DNA of 64,000 nt, taken from NCBI GenBank assembly GCA_951406725.2, contig OX597816.1, positions 146,196,001 through 146,260,000 of the forward strand, in the 5' to 3' direction. The position numbers and the translations under genes are program-made. Positions 26,481-40,487 of this stretch are shown here, piece after piece. The stretch is from Octopus vulgaris (Eukaryota). Under the pieces are notes generated by a model. The model was not told where the DNA came from. It searched no databases and worked only from the letters and a program-made list of their open reading frames with translations. Position 1 is the stretch's first letter. Each line of letters opens with the position of its first letter.

Positions 26481-28827
26481 TTATCGAACGGCTACATAAC
26501 AGAGTATGTTATATGAGGAGCTAATGAACGGCAAATGGAAGCCTACTTCATCTTTTAGTACCTCCTCCTACAGCACATATCACGCATATAAACATGGACT
26601 TAGATTATTTGATGATAGTGAAATGTTTAAGAAACCTTTTTGACTTTTTCTGTCAATAAAGTACCATGTTCCTAAAATTTTGAAGTAATTTCGATATTTT
26701 AAATTGTTACTTACACCCAAAAATAGCGTGGGAAAACGCTGTTTTGCAAAAATAACTTAAGTATATGTGTTTGGCATTTTGTCAGCTAATCATTTTAAAA
26801 ACATATTAAGATATCACACACTTACTCACTCTGTTGTTCTAATCAGCGAGTAGAGTTGGATTACATCATTCTTGGACATTATTTTTTATGTGTTCCTGTA
26901 AATATCTCCAGAGACCGATCTGATGTTTGATATGTAAAACTGAAGGAAATGAATTAACATAAATTGTAAGCAGCTAGGTGTTAGAATACGTGGAAGGAGG
27001 CTGTAATATTTTAGTAAAGCTAGATATATATATAGCTGTACGTATTAAACTTTGTGTGGCGATTGCCACATGCCTAGAAACTGACTACGTTTTAATAATA
27101 AAAATTGCCTCGATATATCAATTTCCAGGAAGATGTTTATTCACCATTGAAGCAGTATCATGATGCTGTAGATTTATAAATAAAACACTATCGATGTGAA
27201 GCCTAGTAGGAGAAAGGCTGAAAAATTACCCAACGAATACAAGATTTTATGAAATACAAGAATACAACGAATACAAGAATACAACGAATACAAGATTTTA
27301 TTAATTACCCAGGTTTGTTGTTCAGCATTTCCACTATTGTAAATCTTGTTTTTGTTTTTCTTCTTTGTGGTGTAATCATGTTTCGAGGCATAAGCATCAT
27401 GCATTCACTCTGATGTTTAAGAAGTTGGGGAACACCCAGAGAAGGCTACAGGATTTTTACGGAGTTAACGCTTCTAACAACAGATATGTGCATAGATAGA
27501 TGAAGACGTTTAAAGGGTTGGAGTACATGTATAGTTGTAGGTATGTAAGTATCTCATTTTAATCGTTGTTTAATCTATACAACTACTAAACACACATACT
27601 ATGCACAATATACTATTTGAGGCGTTAAAATGCTAATAAACCGACCGAGCGCAACATTTTTACTAATATTTCATTTTATTATTTTGAATGGATGAAAATC
27701 ATAGATTACTCCAAAGGTATTAAATCAAGGAAAGCATCGTTTCGAAATATAATATGTAACCTAGATATTTGACATTATTGTTTTTCATATTTCACTTCTT
27801 TTTGTACTTGAAAATATTTCATATACTTGAATGCTTCTCTTCAAGTACACAATCACGAACTAAGAATTGTACGTAAATTACAAATATATTGTTTTCAAAT
27901 TATTTTTTAACTCTTCATTGCTTCAGTCCTCTCTGATAATCGCATTGATATACTCACTATATCATAAGTGGGAGACCATACCGTAGCTGTATATCTTCCC
28001 ACAACGCAGCGTGTGTTTTCGAAGATACGATTCCCACAAAATTGTTGTCTGTGTATTAGATATTGATCACTTAAACAATTTAACTTTCCTATAGAACTGT
28101 GGCGTTATTTGTTTTTCTACTGAAAATTCAATAATATATGAATAATACATGCTTTTCCTCGCACCAGATCAATTATCAAATACTCACTCAAAATGAAAAG
28201 TTTTATTTTATTCAACTCTATGTAGATAGCTGTGAATATTATGGAAATTTACCATTCAGAAGGAGACGTATGCTTTAAAGATGTGTGAGAAAATGGGAGA
28301 GGGGTTAGAAATATTACATAACGAAGAAGCGTATATTTATACAATAGAAAGGCGTGAAAAAACAGAAAATTCATCTAAACTATGCTACAGCTAATATTAG
28401 CGCTTCCTCTGATGTCAAAGATTATTTCAGCGTCCACACCTGCATCAAATCAAATTTATCACATATATGGTCAGTTTTATTGTGTTGGCATCGCAATCTT
28501 ACAGACGGAGCGATGAAGCAAGGCGTGTTAGCATATGCAAAGACGAAGTTAATTCGAATCTTACTTTAAATCCATCAATAGAGTACTTCATGTAGACTGT
28601 GCGCTTGGCTTTCGCACAACATCAAGTAAAATTCGGTACACTGATTTCCATGAGGCATAAAAAAGTTTCTTGCTTTATTCATGCTGCATTAGAATTTGAA
28701 GAAATTATGCCAGGATAAACTATTTTCCTGAAGTCAATACAACAGCATTACTTTTCATGATGACAGGTATTCAACAAAGTAGGTTCAACAGAAATTGATA
28801 TTCAATTATACGACTAATAATCAGCAA

Positions 28828-28906
28828 AATTCTTCTTTTTCTTCTTCTTCTTCTTCTTCTTCTTCTTCTTCTTCTTCTTCTTCTTCTTCTTCTTCTTCTT
28901 CTTCTT

Positions 28907-28965
<59 letters not shown>
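28828..28965. repeat. Compound (TTC)n(CTA)n microsatellite
   Basis: Read directly; explains the poly-S/poly-T ORF 28795-29013. Confidence 0.97.
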
Positions 28966-28966
<1 letters not shown>

Positions 28967-29160
28967 ATTCGAAAGACACTTCTCTAAAACGACCAGGTTT
29001 CATTACAAAGTGAAAACAGTTTCACACTTTAAATTTCAAGCGAAATTACAAAGCGCTGCATTACGAGAGTGATGTGTGAATAATGAAAGTAATGTTTCTC
29101 CGAATTGGTCACATTTGTACTATAATAAAGAATGCTTTTTAACACCTATCTTTATATATA

Positions 29161-29600
29161 TTGGGTCATCCCATAAATAATGTGGGTTTTTTTTCAATTA
29201 ACAAAGGAGCATACTCGGCATATTTTGCTTTATGAGTTCAATAAAGACATCAACGCAACAGAAAGTGCGAGGAACATTAATGCAGTATATGGGGATCGGA
29301 CAATAAGCGTAAGCAAGTCTCGGCTGTTGTTCCAGAAATTCAGAATCAGAAACTACAGCCTAGAAGACGAGCCTCGTCCTGGAAGATCAGAAGAGCTCGA
29401 TGAGGACGTCCTGCAAACCATGGTGGAACCAGATCGTATCAAAACTGTCGTTCAAGTCAGCGGTAGAAGAAAAACGACTATCTTTGCTTTCAGGACGAAT
29501 TGTGTTCTTCCATCAGGATAAAGCTCGGTCACATAAAGCGAAGAGCACATACCAAAGGCTGGAGCAGCTTGGATGGAAACGATTCCCCCATCACCACAAT
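29161..29600 (+). mobile_element. Internally deleted mariner (SETMAR/Mos1-like) element
   Basis: TA followed by TIR ttgggtcatcccataaataa; HTH RHILLYEFNK..ESARNINAVYGDRTIS..FQKFR..LEDEPRPGR joined to VFFHQDKARSHKAK..LEQLGW. Confidence 0.88.
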
Positions 29601-29915
29601 ACTTTCAAAACGCTACAAACTTCCAATATTTCACTTTTAGCTGTCTGGAAAGCAGGGAAGTTTCTTCTGATATACTGTCGTTTATCTGTAATTTCTAACA
29701 TGTCGGATTTTCTGGCGATGGCCTGGTACTATTAGGTTTTCTATTTCAGTACAATTCTAGGCATGTGTGAAACATCAGATGAAAGTAAAACATTGGGAGG
29801 TCTTAGCTCTTTTAAAGCTGGTAGGTAATGAGTCGGTGAGGTAGAGGATGGGGTATTGAGTGTTTTGTGAAAAAAAATTAAACACACTTTACATAGTTTT
29901 AATATAATGTTTAAT

Positions 29916-29952
29916 ATATTGACCAGTTTCGCTTTCGCTACTCATGATATTA
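29916..29952 (-). ncRNA. Degenerate minimal hammerhead downstream of a decayed GIY-YIG C-terminus
   Basis: Reverse complement reads atat-catgagta-GC-gaaa-GC-GAAAC-tg-GTC-aatat. The 3' half is canonical and the CUGANGA box is decayed. Upstream the minus strand reads PPFIY..FFLRKY, like IFPFY..FFIEKY. Confidence 0.5.
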
Positions 29953-30229
29953 TAGTTTACTTATTTGAATAAGTATTTTCTTAAGAAGAAATTTGGTCCA
30001 TGTTTTGCCTGATGATATCTACGAATGAATGACTTCGCAAGTAGATAAATAAATGGAGGTAATTGGTTATCGTTATTATTGTTATTGTTGTGGGAAAAGG
30101 AGATAACTGTTGAGCTTTCGGTAAGGGGAGGGGAATATATATGTACAGTAAAAAAAAAAAAAGATTTTGAAAACTTGTTTAGTGTGGGAATTTATGTACA
30201 TACATATATGTATATGTATGTATATTAAT

Positions 30230-30450
30230 AGTCGATCATTTTGAACCGTTAAACCTTCCACATTTATTTCTCTTTCAGTTTTTTTCTTCCATTCTCTCTC
30301 CGCTTTTTCCTCTTAAATGTTTCTGTCGAAAAGTGTAGGCTTGAATAGTCAACGACATTTCCATCCTTCCTGAGCCTTAATATAATACACGTGCTTATTG
30401 TTCGTTCACATGTCATCATTTTTTGTTATCTGTAGATTAAACAATGTCTG
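30230..30450 (+). mobile_element. Diverged copy of the short HHR-bearing element at 42947-43172
   Basis: ttctgtcgaaaagtgtaggcttgaatagtc resembles ctgacgaagagc..gctcgaaacg; ccttcctgagcc..aatacac..gattaa followed by (TA)n mirrors the 43 kb copy. Confidence 0.55.
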
Positions 30451-30522
30451 TATATATATATGTATGTATGTATGGTATGTATGGTATGTATGTATGTATG
30501 TATGTATGTATGTATGTATGTA

Positions 30523-30586
<64 letters not shown>

Positions 30587-31379
30587 GACGTCGGCCAATT
30601 TGATATCAGGAATTAAAAGGTTGTGACCACATACTGTAATAACTGCATTTTGCATGATGGTTATAACAATACCAAAGCAACTGACCTGATTATTGACAAA
30701 AATCATTACTCATCACTCGGAAAATATCCATTAACACCAAAGAAATTATAATGAAGAAAATTCACGAAAATGGTGATAAATATAGGAATAAGAAACACAA
30801 TAGCCTATTTTCTGAATGATATTGCTCCTCATATTTTATGTATTAGTAATTTTAGCACTAATTGCTAACTGTTCGTTATATGTAAACATAGAACCGAAGC
30901 GGAAATCAAATTTTCATCATGCAGATTTAGCCAAATTGAACAAGTTTATCGTAGAAATGAATACCACTTCATTGGACTCAAGTGTGAATGGGAGGAATAT
31001 CTAAAAGTACATTAATCTATTTAATATATTTCGCATCAGAAAATAAAATTAGGATATCAGTTTGGTGAGGGAAAATCGACATTATCTCAGTGGCAATTCG
31101 CTAGGTTTGTGATACAACAGCGTCGTCATTTCCAGCTTTATAAGATCTCTTCAGAAAGGCATACGTCTCAACATACATACCATAAATAGTGATGAAATGA
31201 TCGCTAAGTACGTAAGTATAACTATAAGTGAGTATAACTATTAGTTATACGGGTCGATGTCAAATTTAATCATGTTAAAAAAAGTTACGCTGGATATTTA
31301 CCTAAAGTTTGAATCTTTACTTTGAAGTGTGACAAATAGGAAATATAGATCATACAAGTTGCTGCTACATCAGCGATTA

Positions 31380-32070
31380 ATCAAAGATACTCAATGAGAT
31401 TAATAAAAATTTATACATATGCCGAACATAAATTCCAAATTGTTGCAAACGTAGCAGGAATTGCACAAGTCGAATCGAGATAAAAACTTCGCCACAAATG
31501 CATATTTTGCAGCTGCAATCAGAATAAAAAATATTTAAAAAGAACGACAAAGAGGACAACTACAATATGAGCATAAAATATCTGAGGAAAACTAACCAAG
31601 AGCTTAGCTAATTTAAGACGATTGATACGCAAACCCAAACGATATTACACATTAAATCAAAACATTAAATCAAACTGCAGGGAAAATACTAAAGAAACGC
31701 TAAAACTATAAATAACAAAACTAAAAACATTGAACATAAAAAAATTGTGATCATAAATCACGAAAATACACACATAGTGTAAGCAGCAGCTAAAGTAAAT
31801 AGCAAATCACCATGAAGCCAAATACCAACATGACTACAATGTATCATCAATGAAAATATGAACACAATTGAATCAGAAAAAAGATCTGAGAGAAGTAATA
31901 ACTAAAGTTGCAACTGTTCAATATACCAATTATCGAAAGGTGGAAATTGTAAAAATATTAAAATCGTCAGAAGTTTTATTCCTATGAGATACATAACATA
32001 AACATATAGAAAACACATACGAACATCACTACGATAAAATGACTAATCTCTGCACAAATCGGAGTAGATT
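31380..32070 (+). mobile_element. Decayed Nematis-type PLE linker/GIY-YIG remnant
   Basis: SCNCSIYQLSKGGNCKNIKIV at about 31905 (CNC..G.C..IVY finger), followed by KHIENTYE (YIG.TE-like). Confidence 0.45.
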
Positions 32071-34384
32071 CGAAAACGCCTGTATGAGTAAGTGGTTACG
32101 AAAGTTCTTTCGCAATGATATATATCCACGTTCGATATCACTCTAATACATATTTACATGCTGGTTACAAGTTTGGGCATTAAGTCAGCATTTTAGGAGA
32201 GATAAATCGACTAAATCGACCCCAGTAACCAACTCGTACTTATTTTGTTACACCCGAAGGATAAATGTCAATGTTGACCTCGGCTGAATTATGACATTAA
32301 TATATTAATAATTAAACAAATAGTATTCAACTGTCACTTCCAATTAACGAACAACATGTTATTAGAATCGATACATGTAAACAGTACTAAATTTTATCGC
32401 ATATATATATATGTGTGTGTGTGTGTGTGAATGAGTGTGTGTGTGTATAATATATATATATATATATATATATATTAAAGGAAGGGATGTAATATCCAGT
32501 CAGATAACGAATTTCTTTATTTAAAATGCAAGGCAGTTTCATTCTGATGGTTTATTTCCAGGTAAATTTCCTATATATATATATATATATATACATTTAT
32601 GCGTGCATATAAACACATACATGCTTTCAGTCGCACTCACACTTACACTCATATATATATGTGCGGGTTTTTGCGTGTGTATATGTGCGTGCGGTGACAG
32701 TTGATAGCTTCATCAACTGAAAGCACCTAATTGATTTGTAGGTAATGGAAAATTATATATTTGAAATTGCTTCGGATATTACTTAAAACTTTCACTTTCA
32801 AGTTACTTTGTAATCTGCATCGAGTTCTCTCCATGACTGGAATGAACAAATATCTTCCAACTTTTACACAATGCAGGCTAAATAGCTTCGTTTGTAACTT
32901 GGTACTCTGATGTCAAATCTACCAAATCACTGTATCAAAAGTCATACATATGTGCATAGTAGTGTGGATGTGCCCTGTATGTGTATGTTTGTGTGTATCT
33001 TCATTGATACATGTAAGCAAAATCGTACATTACGATAAATCGGAGCTTTCTGACCTATGTATCGTTTTTTGACATCCTTTCAATGCCGTATTACAGACAT
33101 CATCACCCTTCGTCGACTTCATTTGCAGAAATGGTAAGCAATTGATTGGATTGGCGGAAAACTTAACCAATGACTGTATTGTGCTTCACTTACACTACCA
33201 AATAAATAAAAGGGAGTTTGTCAGTATACTGTGTTATACTCTGGAGACAAGTTAGAAAGAAGTGAGCAGCTGAAACCTTTAATGTTTCAGGAATGAACAT
33301 TTTGTGACAGTGTTTTCTTATGTTTCTAATTTCCTAGTACCTGGGCGATATGATAGTAATAATTTGTATTTTTCCCAACTTGGTGGCTGCATCCTACTTC
33401 TGCATAATCTAACGTACCAACTTCCCAGTTCCAAAATCTCGTTTTACTAGAACTGTGAGAAGAAGCATTAGTTCGTTACGTAACATTCGTCCTCTCTTCC
33501 TAAACGAACTTATCCAACCTTCACAATTTCTCAGTTTAATTTATACCAACCGCGACCACCACCAATTTATTCGCCTTCTGAAATTTCATAAAGCCAATGT
33601 GAACATGGAAAAACCGGCATATGTATATAGATATAATTTTGGAGGATGTATGTGTGCGAATATATTTGTGTACAATGAAAGCATATATGCATGTGCGTTT
33701 ATGAATAAAATGCAGCATAGAAGAAATGGTATCTCTTAATGACCAGAAAAGAAAACATAAATTAAGCGGAAAGGAATTAGAATAAATACAAAATAATAAC
33801 ACAATGAAATATCTGAAATGAAAGATTACCCAAGGCAACATATTCTCACAAAATTGCATCGAAACCCTAGTTGTGCAAGAAAATGTTTAGACGAAAAACG
33901 TTAACCTTCAGTTCTAAAACGATTTCACAAAGTACTCGGTAAAAATAATACCGAATCCAAAGCAGTGCTAAAAATAAATGAAGTAAAGTATATTTTGCAT
34001 AGTAGATGGCGAACCGTCCATGGAACACAACGATTGAGTATGTCAAAGGATAATATCTACCACTAAATAACAAACATTTATAGATAGCAAGACGCTTAGA
34101 TATTAGGAAATGTTGCCAAATTTGTATGACAAAAGTTTGAGAATTTCTCCTAACTGATATAACGAAATGAATTGAAAGATATTAAAGATTTTGAAAAGCT
34201 ACTCGATACATTTGAATAGATTATTTTCGTAAATAAATCCCAGCTGCACAAAAATATTATCCCATGAAATGCAACATAGAAAGTGTTAACGGCAATAATT
34301 ATATTAATGGATATATAGACTTTCTGAAAGAAGTAGCATGATTAAATGGTGTAGAATCTCATATGAACGTGCTTATTAATAGAA

Positions 34385-34608
<224 letters not shown>

Positions 34609-34673
34609 TGTGTGTGTCCGTGTGTTTGTGTGTGTGTATCTGTGTGTATGTGTAGCAAGGAGTCAAGGTATTA

Positions 34674-34848
34674 GTGCATTCAGGCGGCTCCTTTTAATCG
34701 AACAATGCAAGCAGTACGTCAATTTGAAATATACACCACCGTCTTCGAAAACATATATTACACATCCGAAGATGGCGGTCTTTTTCAAATTGATGTAATG
34801 CTTACGCTGTTCGATTAAATGGAGCCGACTGAAACGGCCGTAATGCAC
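34674..34848 (+). ncRNA. Hammerhead-derived structure with an approximately 150-nt hairpin in helix II and the CUGANGA box missing
   Basis: GTGCAT..long imperfect stem (cggctcc/ggagccg, tttaatcgaaca/tgttcgattaaa, tcaatttgaaa/tttcaaattga, gtcttcg/cgaagat)..GAAAC-GGCC-GTA-ATGCAC. Confidence 0.6.
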
Positions 34849-35274
34849 ACGCAGAATACTTTGACATCCTTGTTATTTATTCACTTTTTATTCACCTTAG
34901 AGCTGTGCGGATAATATCGGAACGACTTGGTGCTTCAACTTAAGTGCCTAGTTCAAATGAACCTTAATTATTTCTTATATATCTACTTGTATGTGTGTGT
35001 GTATTATCTGTGTATGTATGTGTGTCTGCGTTTGTACTCTGCCATCACTCGATAAATGTTGCTCGTGTATTTATGCTTTTGTAACAGTAGCGGATCGGCA
35101 ACAGACTGATAGGATAAGTACTAGGCTCATAAAGAACAAGTCCTAGTGAATTTCTTTGACTAAAACCTTTTAAGGCGGTGCTCCAGCATGGCCGCAGTAG
35201 AATGACAGAAACAAGTGCATCATCATGCGTACATTCGGTCTTCAGAACCAAATAAATCACGATGTGTTGTAAGA

Positions 35275-35279
35275 TAAAT

Positions 35280-35355
<76 letters not shown>

Positions 35356-35380
35356 GGATGGATAGATAGATAGATAGATA

Positions 35381-35420
<40 letters not shown>
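35275..35420. repeat. (GATA)n(GATT)n microsatellite
   Basis: Read directly. Similar tracts at about 42112, 49095 and 55570. Confidence 0.97.
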
Positions 35421-35422
<2 letters not shown>

Positions 35423-36599
35423 CTGATATTCCGTTGCTATGCTTTACAGACAAAATTTCGGTGTATACATTATAACTATTCCCGATCGTGTTTCTGTTTA
35501 TTAGATTTTACGTGTTATTTGCAGAAAACTTAGAATCATATAGCGAAATTGTGCTGAATGGATTTTGGGGATTAAGTATAATATTGAACATTATTTTTAA
35601 TGAGATTAAATTAAGTGATGTTAATTTTTCTGTATTTATTATTGCTGTGAATGAGAACCTTTGCTAATTTAAATTTCCTGGCTGAAATTTACATAATTTT
35701 GGCGCAAGGGATCGACGAATGCCTATCTATATCTTTTAATTGTGACTAAATAAAATGTTAAATATCAATCCTTCATCAGCAGTATAGTCTCGAAGTTAAT
35801 GTGAATCATGCATTTTCTGTGTATGTAATTGTGTGTGACTCTGTGTGTGTGTATTTGGCTGGATGTGCGTGTATATGTGTTTATGTTTGTGTATGGGTGT
35901 GTATATGTGTGTGCGTGTGTGTGTCCTTGTAAAAGTGTTGTGTCAGAAAAATGGTTGGGACAGATAGCAAGAGCTATATTGAGGTTTCTGACGACAGCGT
36001 TACACTACGACTCATGGCTCAAAAATGTTAATCAAATGCTGCTAATTTTTTGCCGTCAGTATGACTACCATTGTTTAAAACCGTGCACGAGTGGGGTTTC
36101 TGCGAACTAGTCACCAGGTACAAAATATTCAAATAGCTAATTTCGCGGTTTGACAAAAATATAACCACCTTTAAAAATTAAAAACGTCTTCATATAATAG
36201 ACATTTTTCGATCTGTCATCATTCTCGTAGTGAAATGTTTTGACGATTTCAGTAGAGATCGTGAAGTTATACGCTGAAATAAATTCGAAATCAATGCTAT
36301 AATGAACCCTGATATCATTCTGAAGCACAATGGATTAATACCACCCATGGGAGAAGTTATTAGTGCATAACAAAACTTGTGCAAAATATTAACGTCTTCG
36401 CTGTGTTTTGAAAATTTTGTAAGTATTTAGAGGTATCGAGCAACAATTAATAGACAATGTTCTAAATATATCTTGGAAACACATTTATTTTCTACAATGA
36501 AGAGAATCTCAACAACAAAACTTTCAATGGGAAATCAGAAACAGAACTGATGAACTTGATAATCTATTATCAACAATTACTATTTTAATTAGGCAACCT

Positions 36600-37950
36600 T
36601 AACTATAGCTCTGATTCTATTTCATGTGTTGTATAATGGGATGAAAATATTCTATATCTCCATAAAATAATCCTGTTAGCCGGAAATTTTAAATCATTTA
36701 GTAAATGGTGCTGGATAAAAACATTTAAAACAATGCAGAATTGGTATATGTAATCATGAAACCTTTTGCAACGTCAAAAGTAGAATGTAGACAATCATCT
36801 TAGACGTTTCACTAAATACTTCAAATAGCTGTTTTATAAAAACCATCTTAGAAGGAGTTAACAGTTGGTTGCACACCAGTACAAGAGATAAGTATACAAG
36901 ACACAACTGAAAAAAAAATTCATTCGTAGCATTGCAAAAACAAACTTTGTGTTTAAGAATAAAAGCACTCAACAGTAAACGATAAGCTTACTTTGACTTT
37001 AAAATTGTGCATTAGCTTCGAAAAATCTTTTTAAAGGCATTATCTCTAAGAACATTGTGAATTCAATAAGACTGAAAAACGCACATGCAAGAAGACGTGT
37101 ACTAATATACAGCACAATGCTAAACAAATCTGCACTCTCTCTGAAAGCAAATATAATTGGAAATATTTTGATAAACTGGCTTGGTTACAAATAGATTTTG
37201 GGTTTTGCTACCAACTTGCAGTTGTAACGGTTGCATGGCGGGAAACTCCACACTACAATAGCTAATTCCATGATCTTTCAATGATATTGCCGAATTGTTC
37301 ACGGTTGGAGAAAGAAAATGATTGTAACTAGAGGTATAAGGAACATACTAAAGAGACATTACTGTAAATCTACTTTTACGGGGTTTTTTTTACATAAAAA
37401 AAACTACTTGAAATTATAACCATTAACTATCTGAAAATCTGCATAGTTTACAAACTGGTTTTGTTAACTAATATACTGAATGTAATCTGGCCATGGCAAA
37501 TATACATACAAGAATATCAGAGTTGTGGGAACTGATTCCTACATTAAAACTCATAATATTAATGTTTTATCTATGCTTTCTATTCTACAAAATAATTCCA
37601 AAGTTACCTAGATATCTATAACTAAAAATTCATAATTATATTTGAACAACAGTTGAGCAAATAATGACTGATTTACACAAACCTTATATGCTGCAAACAG
37701 GAGCTTTCTTTAAAAGGCAATATTCCGAAATAAATGTACACTGCCAGTACTGTGGTAGACGTTTGAGTGATTTACTGATGAAACTCTGAAATGTTTTACA
37801 ACATCTGGAAGCTTTCACAACAAATTGTGATACACAACATTTCTTTCGCAGCATAACAGATGTTGATGATACTTTAGGGTAGGTATAATTAGTCCTAGAG
37901 TACATTGCAATGTCATGCTGACACAATCAGTGGAATATTAAGAGAAAAGA
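36600..37950 (+). pseudogene. Ancient hATm-like transposase fossil
   Basis: Collinear decayed motifs: SCVV*WDE (VVHWDGK), HLVNGAG*KHL, LNTSNS (FDTTASNTG), GCMAG (ARWMAK), GHGKY (GHLWY), ITDVDDTLG*V*LVLEY (VVNDTAERGVKL.EEY). Confidence 0.5.
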
Positions 37951-38863
37951 AGCGTGCAAAGGGAAATTCGAAATTTTACGTACCATTATTGAAACATTTC
38001 AGAACCAGTCGATTTATGAAGAAAATCCATGGAAATCAACCACAGTGAAAATATATTGCAGAAAAACTATCCCCACCTAAAATTGTTATTTTGGAATTAA
38101 TAAATGCCACATAAATTTGTGTATTACTATCCACTTAAGGCGATGGTTTTAAGAAACGTACCTTCATCTAATTAAATGTCAAGCATTCCCATTTCAAAGC
38201 GAAGACCGAAGGACAGAATAAGATTATAGCAGTTTTTATAGACGTATCAGGTTTTCAAATATTCCTCTCACCTTTCTTCAAACAAAAATTAGAGCAATCT
38301 TTGAAAATAAAACTAACCAAGCCTACATACGTTAAGTTCCCTAAGATGTACATCAGTGGCCAGCCCTTAAATAAAGTTGCATAATCTGAATGCCCGTGGA
38401 AAATAGCTAGATGCATATGCAATTGCTAGCTACTTTCTATGCAATTGAAATGTACGCAGGACAAATGTAAACCAAGTATACTATATAATTGACTATATAT
38501 GTAGCTGTACGCCTTGTAATCTCTGTATTCATTGTAATCTTTTTTCAATATACACTCAGTAAAATACTTGTAATCGAGCGAAGCAGACATAGGATTTACC
38601 CATCAGATTATATTCATTGTGATTGTGCAACTTAGTAATCCCAGTCGCCTCGTACAACTCGATGCAGTTGACGACACCCCGGACTATAACAGAGTAATTT
38701 TAAGTAACCGCCTGGATTATATATAATCCAATGAAAAATAACAGACGATGGATGGCAGCCCATTACAACTGTTTCTTACGCATTTTTAAAATAAAAGAAT
38801 GAGAACATTTCTTCCTTGCAAAACACCATTATTATCAGATGAAACATAATTTCAAAATACAAA

Positions 38864-39079
38864 AAGGGCGGTGAGCTGGCAGACACGGTAGCACGCCGGG
38901 CGAAATGCTTAACGTTATTGCGTCTGTCTTTACGTTCTGAGATCAAATTCCGCCGCGGTCGACTTTGACTTTCATCCTTTCGGGGTCTAAAAGTTAAGTG
39001 TCAGTTGCACACTGGAGTCAATGTAATCGGCCGGACCCCTCCCCTCAAAATTCCAGGTCTTGTGACAAGAGTAGGAATG
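38864..39079 (+). mobile_element. SINE family C with TSD
   Basis: gggcggtgagctggcaga...gagatcaaattccgccgcggtcgac; TSD ataatttc(a/g)aaatacaaa. Confidence 0.88.
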
Positions 39080-39097
39080 ATAATTTCGAAATACAAA

Positions 39098-39400
39098 GGA
39101 ATATCCCAAGAATACGGCAAAGGCGTGGCTGAGATCTGTTGTGGCTTACCATGAGGCTAATACCTATATTTATGTTGGCTGCTCTGTAAATCTAAAGCAA
39201 CACTTATGCAATCACTATTCATCATTTGAATTAAGACATTGGGCAGGCAGTACATCTCTAGCTACAAAGATTTGGGAACTTACAGACGACAATGTTAAAA
39301 TTTTATACCGTTTGCAAACAGTAGATACTGGTGCAGATTTTGCTGCATGGAGCTGTTTGAAACATGAAAGAGATCAAATAGTGAAAATCTAATTAATAAT
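39098..39400 (+). mobile_element. Nematis-type PLE GIY-YIG fragment
   Basis: YIYVGCSVNLKQHLCNHYSSF..STSLATKIWELTD, homologous to 6800-7140. Confidence 0.7.
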
Positions 39401-40151
39401 AATCTAGGCCTCCGTCTTTCTAGTAGACATTATGCTACCCACACCTTTAAATATTTTAATTACATTAAACAACCACTATAATAGCTCCTAACTTACAGCC
39501 AATCAAATTTACTCCCTCTTAAAAGTCTTAAAAAGTCAATTGATCTGTTTAATCGTCTGAGTCTGTCTATTCTCGTTCTTCTTTACCATTATTTCCTAAC
39601 CACTCGTACTATATAACCCCAATAACATTACTTGCATTGTAGGCGATATTGAAGGAACTAATCTTTCCATTTCTGGTTTGCCCATTATTATGCATAAGCG
39701 ATCGCGATAGCATCTAACCTAAAAGTCGCAGCCTGCACAGCCTAGCCAGTCTTTTTCCAATTCTATTGAATAATACATACATAGATTTATTCGTACTGCG
39801 CAAGTTAAATAATGGAAGGAACGCACTATCCGTCCCTCATATCCGCAACTATTGTTCAGAGTTGCAATACCTGGTTCACACAATGGTGATTATACTATTC
39901 AATTAAATAATATCAACGCCATCTATATAACATTCTAGCTTGATAACCAATAGACTGCATCCAACTTCTGTCTTACTTTGATATCCGATCTGGTATTTCC
40001 TCTAACGGGAAACTAGTTATAATTTATTTTATAACCCCCTCATTCTTTGAAATCTTTAATGACAAGTACTACCCTACTATTGCTACCAGGTATTTCCCGA
40101 CACTTTATTTGTTAACGTTATAATTCCTTTTCAGGCACACATGTCCTCATA

Positions 40152-40236
40152 TAAAGGCGGCGAGCTGGCAGAAACATTAGCACGCCGGGCGAAATGCTTA
40201 GCGGTATCTCGTCTGCCGTTACGTTCTGAGTTCAAA
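40152..40236 (+). mobile_element. SINE family C 5' head
   Basis: aaggcggcgagctggcagaaacattagcacgccgggcgaaatgcttagcgg..gttctgagttcaaa. Confidence 0.85.
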
Positions 40237-40487
40237 CGGCTAACTGTGATGTTGTATGTTTTCCGACGACTGACGGCGCAGTGTGACTTAGCCTGCTCTC
40301 GCCATTGGACACTTGTGACCGACGAAGACAAAGTGACAGAAATGGGCATTTAGTAATGCTATTACATGAGAAAATGATCGATTTATGCACGTGCGTATGT
40401 TCATGTATATGTATCTGTGCTCGTACACATATATGCCTGTGTGTGTGTCTGTGTGTTTCTATATATGTATATATGCGTGTGTATATA

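Noticed and set aside
33090-33175. Possible micro-exon (cag..atg|gtaagc) with nearby CCAAT boxes
   Set aside because: Such motifs occur by chance and no other exons are supportable without transcript data.
40255-40352. CCGACGA..GAAA-tgggcat HHR-like motif at the end of a PLE remnant
   Set aside because: No helix I pairing and an ambiguous helix II.
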